The position numbers and the translations under genes are program-made. Positions 16,909 through 24,726 of a stretch of DNA of 32,000 bases are shown in pieces. The stretch's first letter is position 1. Each line of letters begins with the position of its first letter. Source of the DNA: a virus; IMG/VR virus record IMGVR_UViG_3300045988_148646, positions 1 through 32,000 of that record; one strand, given 5' to 3'. Under the pieces are notes generated by a model, which saw nothing but the letters and a program-made list of their open reading frames with translations, made no database searches and was not told the origin of the DNA.

Positions 16909-17233
16909 CTAATGTCACCGTCCATTCTGTACAGTGTACTTTTTGAGTGTTTATATCTTCATCTGTGATGGTTTGGTATGGTATTTCTAATTCATCAAAC
17001 ATGTCTTCGATTTTAGCTTCTAATTCAAAATCTTTTTGATCAGTCACTAATCTATATATGTAAGTTCCAATCTTACAATACGTTCTATTGTCTGCAAAGT
17101 AATTATTTGTATAATCCAATGCATAATTCCCATAGGGGGTATGGGGTTTTGATTTGAAACTGCCATATACAAATTGTCCTTCACCTAAAAGTTCAGTGAA
17201 TTTAGCTACAATCTGTTTTCTTACTGTTTCCAT
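16895..17233 (-). CDS. Head-tail joining module protein (unassigned)
   Basis: 112 aa, overlapping both neighbours by 13-14 nt within the connector gene run. Confidence 0.55.
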   Translation of the reverse strand: METVRKQIVAKFTELLGEGQFVYGSFKSKPHTPYGNYALDYTNNYFADNRTYCKIGTYIYRLVTDQKDFELEAKIEDMFDELEIPYQTITDEDINTQKVHCTEWTVTLVGRQ

Positions 17234-17556
17234 TCTCCAGCGTCCTGTTGAACATATAGTTCAATCGTATCTCCGGATGGGAATGTACGATAAACCGCAT
17301 ACTTTTTGTCGTTGTATTTCACTGTCGTTTCATCATTGTAATCAATGCTTGGAATAACAAGCTTATACGCTAGCTGTATGCCTGCCTGGTAGGCTTCATT
17401 AAATTCTTTTGAATAAATTCCACCAACTCGACAAAATACTTCCTTCTCCGTTTCATTAACATGTTCCACACCATCTTCATCAACATATCTTTCTTTTTCA
17501 ATCAGATATGCCACATCATAATAAAGATTATTCTCACGAGTATATTCATATGCCAT
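17221..17556 (-). CDS. Head closure / head-tail adaptor protein (SPP1 gp16-like)
   Basis: 111 aa at the expected position. The C-terminal pattern ..VKYNDKKYAVYRTFP..DTIELYVQQ fits this family. Confidence 0.6.
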   Translation of the reverse strand: MAYEYTRENNLYYDVAYLIEKERYVDEDGVEHVNETEKEVFCRVGGIYSKEFNEAYQAGIQLAYKLVIPSIDYNDETTVKYNDKKYAVYRTFPSGDTIELYVQQDAGEWKQ

Positions 17557-17557
17557 A

Positions 17558-17860
17558 CTATCTCACCTTCTTATGGGATTTATCTGTCATAAGAATCTGA
17601 CGTAAATCCTCATATGTTTTAGCCATTTTTTCCTTTTCTGAAGCCTCTGTTGTACCAAATTTTGACTTTACATATGTTATTACCGCTACTACAATTTCAT
17701 CTTCTAAATCATCTTCATCAAATAGAATATTCAATCTATCCAAATCATATAAACATGCTCTGATATATATTTTGATTTCATCATCATAAACATGTGATTT
17801 TGCTCTTGTAGCAGCAGTTCTAACACGTTCTAGAAGGCTTTCAGAAATATTGAACGCCAT
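17558..17860 (-). CDS. gp6-like head-tail connector protein
   Basis: 100 aa, the first gene after the capsid, helical with an acidic central region. Confidence 0.6.
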   Translation of the reverse strand: MAFNISESLLERVRTAATRAKSHVYDDEIKIYIRACLYDLDRLNILFDEDDLEDEIVVAVITYVKSKFGTTEASEKEKMAKTYEDLRQILMTDKSHKKVR

Positions 17861-17870
17861 TATCTATCAC

Positions 17871-18014
17871 CTAAGCTTTCTTCGCACTGCTTTTTCGAGT
17901 GGTTTTCTTAGGCTCATCATCTAATACAACAGGTTCTTCATCATTTAATGATTGTGTTCCTGTTTGGCTTTCACCTTTTGTAACATCTCCATTGCTTAAG
18001 CTACTTTTTTTTTT
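17871..18014 (-). other. A10 slippery tract plus a 44-codon open -1 frame that fills the capsid-connector spacer (putative long capsid isoform)
   Basis: By hand translation, the capsid ends UUA AAA AAA AAA GUA GCU UAA. The -1 frame from the A-run reads SSLSNGDVTKGESQTGTQSLNDEEPVVLDDEPKKTTRKSSAKKA and stops at TAG 17871-17873. That frame contains no ATG, GTG or TTG start. Confidence 0.45.
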
Positions 18015-19297
18015 AACAAGAAGATGTATTGAGGATCTAATACTTTACCATCATTGATAACTAATGCCTGAGTTACTTCCTCATTCTTTTCATAATCCCA
18101 GTACTTCTTCACACCAAACTGCATATTTGAGTTAATCGCATAGGCTTCTTTTCCTACCCAATACATTCCGAAATATTCACCGTTTTGAGCTTCATCAAAA
18201 TCTTTAAACGTATCATTTTCAACGAAATTAACAGTTCTAGCTTTGAATGTAGCGCGTTCTGCACCATCAATAGGATTATATGTTTCTGCATAAACAGGAC
18301 GATTATTTTGATCAGCCAATGTTTTAATGTTTGCTTCATATGTAGCAGGAGTCATTACAAACTCTGGTTTTAATTTACGCATTGACAATGGAATCTTCGC
18401 AAAGAATTTTGTTTGCCATGATTTCCAATCTTTCATTTCTTCCGCTGTGAATTCAATAATGTGATCGGCTTTAATACGTCCACTGACTTTATTAGCTTCT
18501 GTTAAGATACCTTCACATTCATTATTTGAAGATTCACCTGTTAAAATTTCACGATCCATAGCTTCCAAATAAGCTTCTACAATAACTTCTGCTAATTTAG
18601 TTTCAAATGCATTTACAGTTAATACAGTTTGTAGTAATGTACGTGATAAACGAATTTCACCAATCAAATATCCAAATTGTACAAATTCTGTAACAGAACC
18701 GGCTTTTTGACGATCAGACACTGTTGTTTCTGTGATACGTTTGAATGTAGCCTTGAATGAACCGATAGGATATTTAACACCACCGCGGAAATTTGTATGT
18801 AATACTGCATTGTATAAGTAACCACGTGATTTACTTAATTCAGTCATTACTTTCTGAACAATTGTTTCAGGAATTAAAATACCTAGATCAGCTGCTACAC
18901 CTGCTTCTGCACTACGTTGTCTTAAGATTTCTGACTGTTTTCCTTTTTGAACGAATTCCATGAATGCACTACGATACTCCATATCGTCTTCCATTCCTTT
19001 TTTAGGTTCTGGCATTTGTGGATGTGCTTTATTACGAGCTTGTTGCTGTTGTGTAACAAAAATTTCATCTTCATCTTCAATAGATTTTGCCATAGTGTCT
19101 AAGAACGCATTACGTTGTGCAACTTGACCTTTTAATTCTTTGTCACGCTTTTGTAAGATATCAAATTCCGCCTGTAACATTTCCAAGTCTGTATTAGGAT
19201 CGTTTTTGTTGACCTCATCTTGAATTTCTTTAAATCTTTTTTGAATCTGTTCGTGATTCATTGCATTGAATGCTGCTAGTTGTTGCTCTGTAAACAT
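17996..19297 (-). CDS. Major capsid protein, HK97 fold, with an N-terminal coiled-coil delta/scaffold domain
   Basis: 433 aa directly after the prohead protease. The N-terminal ~100 aa are charged coiled coil, as expected for a cleavable delta domain. Confidence 0.9.
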   Translation of the reverse strand: MFTEQQLAAFNAMNHEQIQKRFKEIQDEVNKNDPNTDLEMLQAEFDILQKRDKELKGQVAQRNAFLDTMAKSIEDEDEIFVTQQQQARNKAHPQMPEPKKGMEDDMEYRSAFMEFVQKGKQSEILRQRSAEAGVAADLGILIPETIVQKVMTELSKSRGYLYNAVLHTNFRGGVKYPIGSFKATFKRITETTVSDRQKAGSVTEFVQFGYLIGEIRLSRTLLQTVLTVNAFETKLAEVIVEAYLEAMDREILTGESSNNECEGILTEANKVSGRIKADHIIEFTAEEMKDWKSWQTKFFAKIPLSMRKLKPEFVMTPATYEANIKTLADQNNRPVYAETYNPIDGAERATFKARTVNFVENDTFKDFDEAQNGEYFGMYWVGKEAYAINSNMQFGVKKYWDYEKNEEVTQALVINDGKVLDPQYIFLLKKKVA

Positions 19298-19908
19298 TAA
19301 TTAATAGCCTCCTTAATCTGCAACAACAAACTCAGTCTTTCTCGTTTCTTTTCATTTTCTTTTTTATCCCGTTCCTCATCCATTAAAGACTTTGCCCTTG
19401 CTTCAATAGATGTTTGATCATTTGCAGGAATCGACACTGCCGAAACATCATAAATTTTTGATACTTTACGTGTTGTCCACATCTTTTTATCTCTATCATA
19501 TGATTCCTCATCCACCGTGTACCTCCATGACATCTGAGTCACCATTCCTGCCTGAATACTGTCGTACAAGCGTTTTGCAGCTTCTGTTCTTCCTAAATCT
19601 GCTGCAACAAACAATCCGTGTTCATCCACTTCAACAATAAGTGAACCATTGCTTGTACGTGCATATACCATTCCTCCATGATCAAATTGGAAGATGATAT
19701 CACTCATATCAGCGTTGTCCAAACTTGAACGCTCTATCAACTCATATATTTCATTACCGTCATAATCTCGATAAAGAACATAAGGTTCAAATGTTGTAGC
19801 ATATCCTTCAACATAGTATTGAGTATCAATCCGTTTGTTTTCCGTCACCGGGTTCATTTGGAACGGAATCGAGCGCATTTGGATTTTGCTGTGGTTCGGT
19901 TTCGCCAT
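19297..19908 (-). CDS. Prohead protease (HK97 / S78 family)
   Basis: 203 aa between portal and capsid. The true start may be an internal Met (19878 or 19857), because the longest ORF overlaps the portal gene by 83 nt. Confidence 0.8.
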   Translation of the reverse strand: MAKPNHSKIQMRSIPFQMNPVTENKRIDTQYYVEGYATTFEPYVLYRDYDGNEIYELIERSSLDNADMSDIIFQFDHGGMVYARTSNGSLIVEVDEHGLFVAADLGRTEAAKRLYDSIQAGMVTQMSWRYTVDEESYDRDKKMWTTRKVSKIYDVSAVSIPANDQTSIEARAKSLMDEERDKKENEKKRERLSLLLQIKEAIN

Positions 19909-21109
19909 TGTAACTAATTCCTCCTTGATTTGATTTAGTTACCTGGATGTATTCACCTCGAATAAAACGTTTCTTACCTTCATCATTTGGTAAAGGCGCT
20001 TTGTTCATAATATTCAATGCCCCATCTGTATCAATCATTCCACGGTCAAACATTTGAGTCGCAACATTCAATTTTGTTTGTGTCGAATCATACTGTAAAC
20101 GATCGCTTGTTAGAATGATTTCACTACCATTCATAATCTGATTTACGGAATATAACATTCCACTCAACACTTCTCCAACTTCAATAAAGAAAGGTTCGAT
20201 AATCGATTCATAAAATGCATTCCATTCATCAGGTTTATATTTATTCTGCAAAATAGCTTCACTAATTCCAAAATAGCTGTATACACTATTTTCAATGGCT
20301 TGCTTCTGCTTGGCATCCACTAATAGTGGTTTACTTTCAATAGGTTTTACTTCATCAAAACGATTATCAACAAGGAATACACCTGTTTCATTTTTGTTCA
20401 GGTTATTTCTTAAAATCATGTTCTGTTGTTCCTTGTAATCCTCGTCATCATCAATTGGTGTTGAAATTCTAGCCAAGAATCGAACAATAGAACTCGACTT
20501 AATCGCATTGATTGCTCCTTCCTCCTGAGCAAGCATCAATTTAGCTGTTGTATCAAATGCATCATTCATATCACCAAAGTAATCATTTTTATACTGCATT
20601 TGTCTTAAATGCCCTACTTTACTGTATTCAATCAATTTTGTTTCACCATAGATGAAATTGAAATAAATATAAACTACACCATTGATTTCTTTTAACTGAC
20701 ACTGACTTGGAACAGCAGGCCATAATCCTTTTATCATTCCATATTCATCTTCAATTGGAATAATGAAAGCATTGTTTTCTGCAAAATATATGGTTGCCAA
20801 TCTTTTGTAAAATTGACTAGCCGTCATATAAGGATTTGGCTTTTTCTTAACCAAATAGTTATATATCTTGCCTTTGTAGTCTTTGTTTGTCAGTTCAGGT
20901 GAAGCCTTTCCACATGATGTAGCAATTCGATTGATACATGCTCTGCATAGTCCAATCTCATATATTCCACCATCATATGATGAATATACTGGTGAATATC
21001 CACCTAAGCTTGCAAACATAGAGTGTAATTGATTTTGTTTAGGTGCTGGCTTATTTAGTCCTAATAGACTTCCTAGCAAACCAAATCTTTTTCTTCTGCT
21101 TTTAGCCAC
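19826..21109 (-). CDS. Portal protein (HK97 family)
   Basis: 427 aa immediately after TerL, with a 1-nt start/stop overlap. Confidence 0.85.
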   Translation of the reverse strand: MAKSRRKRFGLLGSLLGLNKPAPKQNQLHSMFASLGGYSPVYSSYDGGIYEIGLCRACINRIATSCGKASPELTNKDYKGKIYNYLVKKKPNPYMTASQFYKRLATIYFAENNAFIIPIEDEYGMIKGLWPAVPSQCQLKEINGVVYIYFNFIYGETKLIEYSKVGHLRQMQYKNDYFGDMNDAFDTTAKLMLAQEEGAINAIKSSSIVRFLARISTPIDDDEDYKEQQNMILRNNLNKNETGVFLVDNRFDEVKPIESKPLLVDAKQKQAIENSVYSYFGISEAILQNKYKPDEWNAFYESIIEPFFIEVGEVLSGMLYSVNQIMNGSEIILTSDRLQYDSTQTKLNVATQMFDRGMIDTDGALNIMNKAPLPNDEGKKRFIRGEYIQVTKSNQGGISYNGETEPQQNPNALDSVPNEPGDGKQTD

Positions 21110-22767
21110 TAATTCACCTTCCTTTTCTTGTTTTCAAGGCGGTATTTAAATGTATCCCACCATTTTTGTCTTACTGTATATGCATCAATAACAGATGCAT
21201 ACCCATCAATATGTTTTCTTGGATCAGTTTTAATCATGCGGACACGATTGTCCTCCGCAACTTTTTTTAATGCCACACTAGACATATGTGCTTGTAAAAG
21301 TCCATTTGTTCCTGTATGAACAAACCCATCTCTTACATATCCTGTAAATTCATTAATAACCGGTGTAAGGTTAGTACCCTGAATGACATCATCCATCTTG
21401 TATCCATATTTCTTCATATCATCCACAAGATACTGAGCTGAATAACGGTCATATCCAACGACCACGCAATAAATCTTGTATTTCTTACGTAGCATTTCAA
21501 ACCATTCCGTAACATCTTCATAACGTACAAAGTTTTCCCCACTTGGACTTAAATAACCCAATTGAATAAATCTTGTATATGGTATTTTGTCTCTTTCTTC
21601 TAGCTCCTTGATTTTTAATGTTGGAAGCCAAAAATGAGTAAATATGTAGTCCTGTTCTTGAATTCGTATAACAACAGATGCGGCTGTTAAATCGGTTGTT
21701 TGTGACAAATCAATTCCACCAACTGCATATGTATGTGCAAAATCTTCAAATCTAAGTTCTTCACCTTTAACTTTGTTGATATCTTCTGCACTAAATAACG
21801 CTTCTGTTGAATTCTGTTTGATATTCGCATATTTTGTTATGAATTCAGCTTTATATGTTGGTGAGCTATGTGCTTTTAAAATTTCATTCTGCAAATATTC
21901 ATAAGAAACCGATATTCCAAGGTTTGGCATTGCTTTTCTTAATTCAATAGGATCATCCCATTTTTGAATATCATCAATCATATAAAAGAAAGGCAACATT
22001 TGTTTTTCATCAGACGTACCTAGTAAAACAGATGTTCCACGAACAAATAATTCATCATATAATCCTTCATCAATATAGTTTGCGGTACTTACAGGAATAT
22101 AAAGTGGATCAGGTCTTGCCCCGCCTGCCGACAACATAACGTTGTACATTTTCATACCCGCTTCACCTTCCCAGGCTGCAAACTCATCAAAGATTGTCAA
22201 ATATGGGTTGAATCCGTCTGACTTCTTAGATGCAAAGGCAATTGGCTCCCATCGACAATTGTTCTGTTTCATGTAGATATCTGTTCTACGTTTTTTCACT
22301 CTTTGACTCAACGCTTTAGAGTGTTCCATCATTTGATACAGAACATTGTAAATGATCTGCGCTTGTTTTAACTTTGGCGCTATATTGTATATCTGCATAC
22401 CTGCTTCATCAGATGTAAATCCAACATCAAGTTCAATACCTGCACAAAGAAATGATTTTCCTTGTTTTCGGCCCATGACCGTAGGTATTTCACGAAACTG
22501 CCTTTTTCCATTCTTATCAACAAGTCCGAATATGCACGCAATATAATATTTTTGCCAAGGCTCAAGCTTCACTTTTGTTGTTTTTCCTTCTACGTGATGA
22601 CAAAACGTTTCAATAAACGCTATATGCATTTCCGCTTTTTTCTCATCATAGAAGAAATCTCCATTTGCTAAACCTCTTTCAACATATTGAAGATTAAGTT
22701 TTATCCACTTACCGACTACATCTTCACCCGATTTAATACGTTCTTTATAAATGTCTAGATATTTCAT
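21109..22767 (-). CDS. terL: Terminase large subunit
   Basis: 552 aa with a Walker A-like MGRKQGKS and a Walker B-like LTIFDEFA. It overlaps terS by 4 nt. Confidence 0.9.
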   Translation of the reverse strand: MKYLDIYKERIKSGEDVVGKWIKLNLQYVERGLANGDFFYDEKKAEMHIAFIETFCHHVEGKTTKVKLEPWQKYYIACIFGLVDKNGKRQFREIPTVMGRKQGKSFLCAGIELDVGFTSDEAGMQIYNIAPKLKQAQIIYNVLYQMMEHSKALSQRVKKRRTDIYMKQNNCRWEPIAFASKKSDGFNPYLTIFDEFAAWEGEAGMKMYNVMLSAGGARPDPLYIPVSTANYIDEGLYDELFVRGTSVLLGTSDEKQMLPFFYMIDDIQKWDDPIELRKAMPNLGISVSYEYLQNEILKAHSSPTYKAEFITKYANIKQNSTEALFSAEDINKVKGEELRFEDFAHTYAVGGIDLSQTTDLTAASVVIRIQEQDYIFTHFWLPTLKIKELEERDKIPYTRFIQLGYLSPSGENFVRYEDVTEWFEMLRKKYKIYCVVVGYDRYSAQYLVDDMKKYGYKMDDVIQGTNLTPVINEFTGYVRDGFVHTGTNGLLQAHMSSVALKKVAEDNRVRMIKTDPRKHIDGYASVIDAYTVRQKWWDTFKYRLENKKRKVN

Positions 22768-23138
22768 TTAAATCTGCTCATGAACTCATCCAATTCATCA
22801 CCTTTTTTTCCGGATACTTCTGTTGTCTTTGACAGTGAAGTAGGTGACAAGCCAAGTTCTTTGCAGTATTTCATAATTTGATCACGTAATTGAACGGTAA
22901 TAATGTAGTATGGTGAGCGCGATAAATTCGTTGCACCGCCCTTGTTCGTATATTCAACAACCATCTGTAGTGATTTGTAGCCATTTGCTTTACTTGAATC
23001 TCTCCATTGCTTCATTGTTGAATCATATTGGGCCAATGCATCTGCAAGTGAATCAACCGCAACCGAATATTCAGGAGAAAATGTGCCTAAATTCTCTAGT
23101 TGTGAATTGATTCTTTTTTTCCATGCTCCTTTTTGCAT
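22764..23138 (-). CDS. terS: Terminase small subunit (P27-like)
   Basis: 124 aa directly upstream of terL. The C-terminal ..KYCKELGLSPTSLSK.. is typical of P27-family small subunits. Confidence 0.75.
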   Translation of the reverse strand: MQKGAWKKRINSQLENLGTFSPEYSVAVDSLADALAQYDSTMKQWRDSSKANGYKSLQMVVEYTNKGGATNLSRSPYYIITVQLRDQIMKYCKELGLSPTSLSKTTEVSGKKGDELDEFMSRFK

Positions 23139-23482
23139 TCATCATCCTCCCTTCCACATCCTATAAGCATTCCGTTTTCATCAAACTCAAAAGATGGTTT
23201 ACGTTTGGAATGTTCTTCAGCATGGCATAAGTCACACAACGCTTCCAAATTAGAATCGCCAAATAGAATGTGTATATCTCTATAGTTGTCCTGGTCAATA
23301 TGTACTTTGTGATGCACACAAGTTGACCTGGTATAGATACCTTTTTTCAAACATCTTTCACAAAGTGGATGTGCCTTCCTATACGCTTTGCTTTTCTTTT
23401 CCCAAGCCTTGCTTGAGTAAAATTTTCTAGCATAATTTCTAGCACCTGTTTTTGTTGCTTCTGAACCATAATATTTTTTCAT
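23096..23482 (-). CDS. HNH endonuclease (cos-packaging associated)
   Basis: It has CERC...HHK...N...LC..CH motifs. I prefer the MKKYYG start at 23482. The longest ORF (to 23593) only adds a hydrophobic, SD-less 37 aa. Confidence 0.8.
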   Translation of the reverse strand: MKKYYGSEATKTGARNYARKFYSSKAWEKKSKAYRKAHPLCERCLKKGIYTRSTCVHHKVHIDQDNYRDIHILFGDSNLEALCDLCHAEEHSKRKPSFEFDENGMLIGCGREDDECKKEHGKKESIHN

Positions 23483-23698
23483 ATCGCTACATTCAAAGTT
23501 TTGACCATAACTACAGTTAACAGATTTAAAGGACGACAAAAATAACAGTAAATACTTTGAATGCAGTGATATGAAAAAGACCCATGTTTCCATAGGTCTT
23601 TTTCAACGGGCACGAAATAATGAAACAATCCAAGAACTACCTTGTTTGTTCAGAAGATGTTTTCCAATCTTCACGACTACAGAATATCACGGTTTTTC

Positions 23699-23717
23699 TT
23701 TGTACACTGTACAAAAT
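23699..23717 (-). promoter_or_regulatory. Second exact copy of the 19-mer TTTGTACACTGTACAAAAT (palindrome 23700-23714) upstream of the packaging operon
   Basis: It is identical to 1156-1174. A -10-like TGATAT (23684-23689, minus strand) sits at the same 10-nt distance as TACTAT does at the lysis copy. Confidence 0.55.
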
Positions 23718-23734
23718 GAAGAAATTCAGATTTT

Positions 23735-23925
23735 ACCCCCCTCTCATGCGCTCATGACCCAGTTTTTTTGAACTCCCCACGCCGTTCCCCAAAACGCAAA
23801 AAACTTTTGAAAGATAGGGGGGTCTATGCTGATCTGATCCCAGCCCTGGGCGCTTTCAGGGTTCAAAATTTGAATTAAGCAGCTACCACCACACCGCACC
23901 GTTAACGGCTTCAATCATATGATTG
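23735..23925. other. GC-rich non-coding island, candidate cos region
   Basis: It is locally far more GC-rich than its flanks. ACCCCCCT (23735-23742) and AGGGGGGT (23816-23823) form an inverted pair, and CCCTG-n8-CAGGG forms a hairpin. It lies just upstream of HNH-terS-terL. Confidence 0.4.
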
Positions 23926-23928
23926 TCA

Positions 23929-24083
23929 TATATTTATTATCGTGTTGAAAGATGTTTCAACATGCATTGTTGAAAGCGTTGTTTCATAACATGACAATAA
24001 CTATATTGCATGTATTTATTATTGTGTTGAAAGATGTTTCAACACGTGTTGTTGTAAACGCTCTTTCATAACATTACCATAGC
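23929..24083. repeat. Two ~73-bp direct repeats (82-bp period), each with a perfect hairpin TGTTGAAA-gatg-TTTCAACA
   Basis: Copy 1 is 23929-24001 and copy 2 is 24011-24083. The hairpins are at 23943-23962 and 24025-24044. Each copy also has a second GTTG(A/T)AA half-site. Confidence 0.8.
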
Positions 24084-24092
24084 CGTATTAAT

Positions 24093-24110
24093 AGAACGCG
24101 CGCACGTTCT
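24093..24110. repeat. GC-rich inverted repeat AGAACG-cgcgca-CGTTCT
   Basis: Seen directly in the sequence, between the long repeats and the iterons. Confidence 0.5.
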
Positions 24111-24166
24111 TATATATGCAATAAACATTGCACCACTCCAATATATATATCAGGTCATGCGCTCAG

Positions 24167-24240
24167 CTGGTGCATTGTCTTCAATGATCTGGTGCATTGC
24201 CTTCAATGATCTGGTGCATTGCCTTCAATGATCTGATTCA
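24167..24240. repeat. Tandem 22-bp iterons, 3 full copies plus a partial one (CTGGTGCATTG[T/C]CTTCAATGAT)
   Basis: Units at 24167-24188, 24189-24210 and 24211-24232, with a partial unit from 24233. They are flanked by (AT)n tracts at 24141-24150 and 24277-24290. Confidence 0.9.
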
Positions 24241-24248
24241 AGCCCACC

Positions 24249-24272
24249 AAAAAAAGGACGTTCACAACGTCC
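24249..24272 (-). terminator. Strong rho-independent terminator for leftward transcription
   Basis: Stem GGACGTT-cac-AACGTCC (24256-24272). On the minus-strand RNA it is followed by U7 (the plus-strand A7 at 24249-24255). Confidence 0.65.
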
Positions 24273-24423
24273 ATAATATATATATTTTAGGTCTGTTAAC
24301 TACATCTTATAAGACCAAACGCAAACACTAGAGAAAGCCTTATAAATAGGCGCTTGCGTGCACGTTTGCAAAACTAAAAGCTTTTTAAAAAAATGAGCGC
24401 AAAAAAATATTATTAATTTTTTA

Positions 24424-24451
24424 TTGACATTACACATATAATGTTTATAAT
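24424..24451 (+). promoter_or_regulatory. Consensus sigma-A promoter: TTGACA-16 nt-TATAAT
   Basis: TTGACA at 24424-24429 and TATAAT at 24446-24451. A second TATAAT lies at 24437-24442, and an A/T-rich UP-like tract lies upstream (24394-24423). Confidence 0.75.
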
Positions 24452-24455
24452 GTAA

Positions 24456-24481
24456 GTGTAAGCTAAATAAAAAGCTTACAC
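24456..24481 (+). promoter_or_regulatory. Inverted repeat GTGTAAGCT-n8-AGCTTACAC at the predicted transcription start (operator and/or 5' stem-loop)
   Basis: It has 9-bp perfect arms and begins 5 nt after the -10 box. Confidence 0.6.
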
Positions 24482-24726
24482 AAAACAAACGGCGCTTACT
24501 CATAAAGCCAAGCCAAGACAACTTTAAATTGAAGATTGGACTTGATAATATGGATAAGTTTATAAGTTTATTAAATAGGTTATTGTTTAGGCTTCACATT
24601 AAAGTAAGCCTAGACATAAAAAAAGGGCGCTTACTCATAGATATAAAAGTCAATGAATAGCGTCATTAAATAAGCAAATAAATTATAGCGTCGTTTGTTT
24701 AAATAGTCAAGTTTGGAGGTGTAAAT

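Noticed and set aside
23483-23771. A long N-terminal extension of the HNH ORF (to 23593) and the plus-strand ORF 23571-23771.
   Set aside because: The extension adds a hydrophobic, SD-less 37 aa that is atypical for HNH proteins. The plus-strand ORF crosses the palindromic operator and the GC-rich island and has no SD.
23855-23885. A tRNA-like T-loop sequence, GGTTCAAAATTTGAA, in the GC-rich island.
   Set aside because: I could not fold any acceptor stem, D-arm or anticodon arm around it. It is simply a TTCAAA/TTTGAA palindrome.
24167-24240. The 22-bp tandem repeats as a CRISPR array.
   Set aside because: The units abut directly with no spacers. There are only about 3.3 copies and no cas genes or leader. 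They behave as iterons.
24550-24660. A 36-aa ORF (MDKFISLLNRLLFRLHIKVSLDIKKGRLLIDIKVNE) in the island leader.
   Set aside because: It has no credible SD and it overlaps the leader hairpins and the 14-mer repeat. I treated the region as structured 5' UTR.
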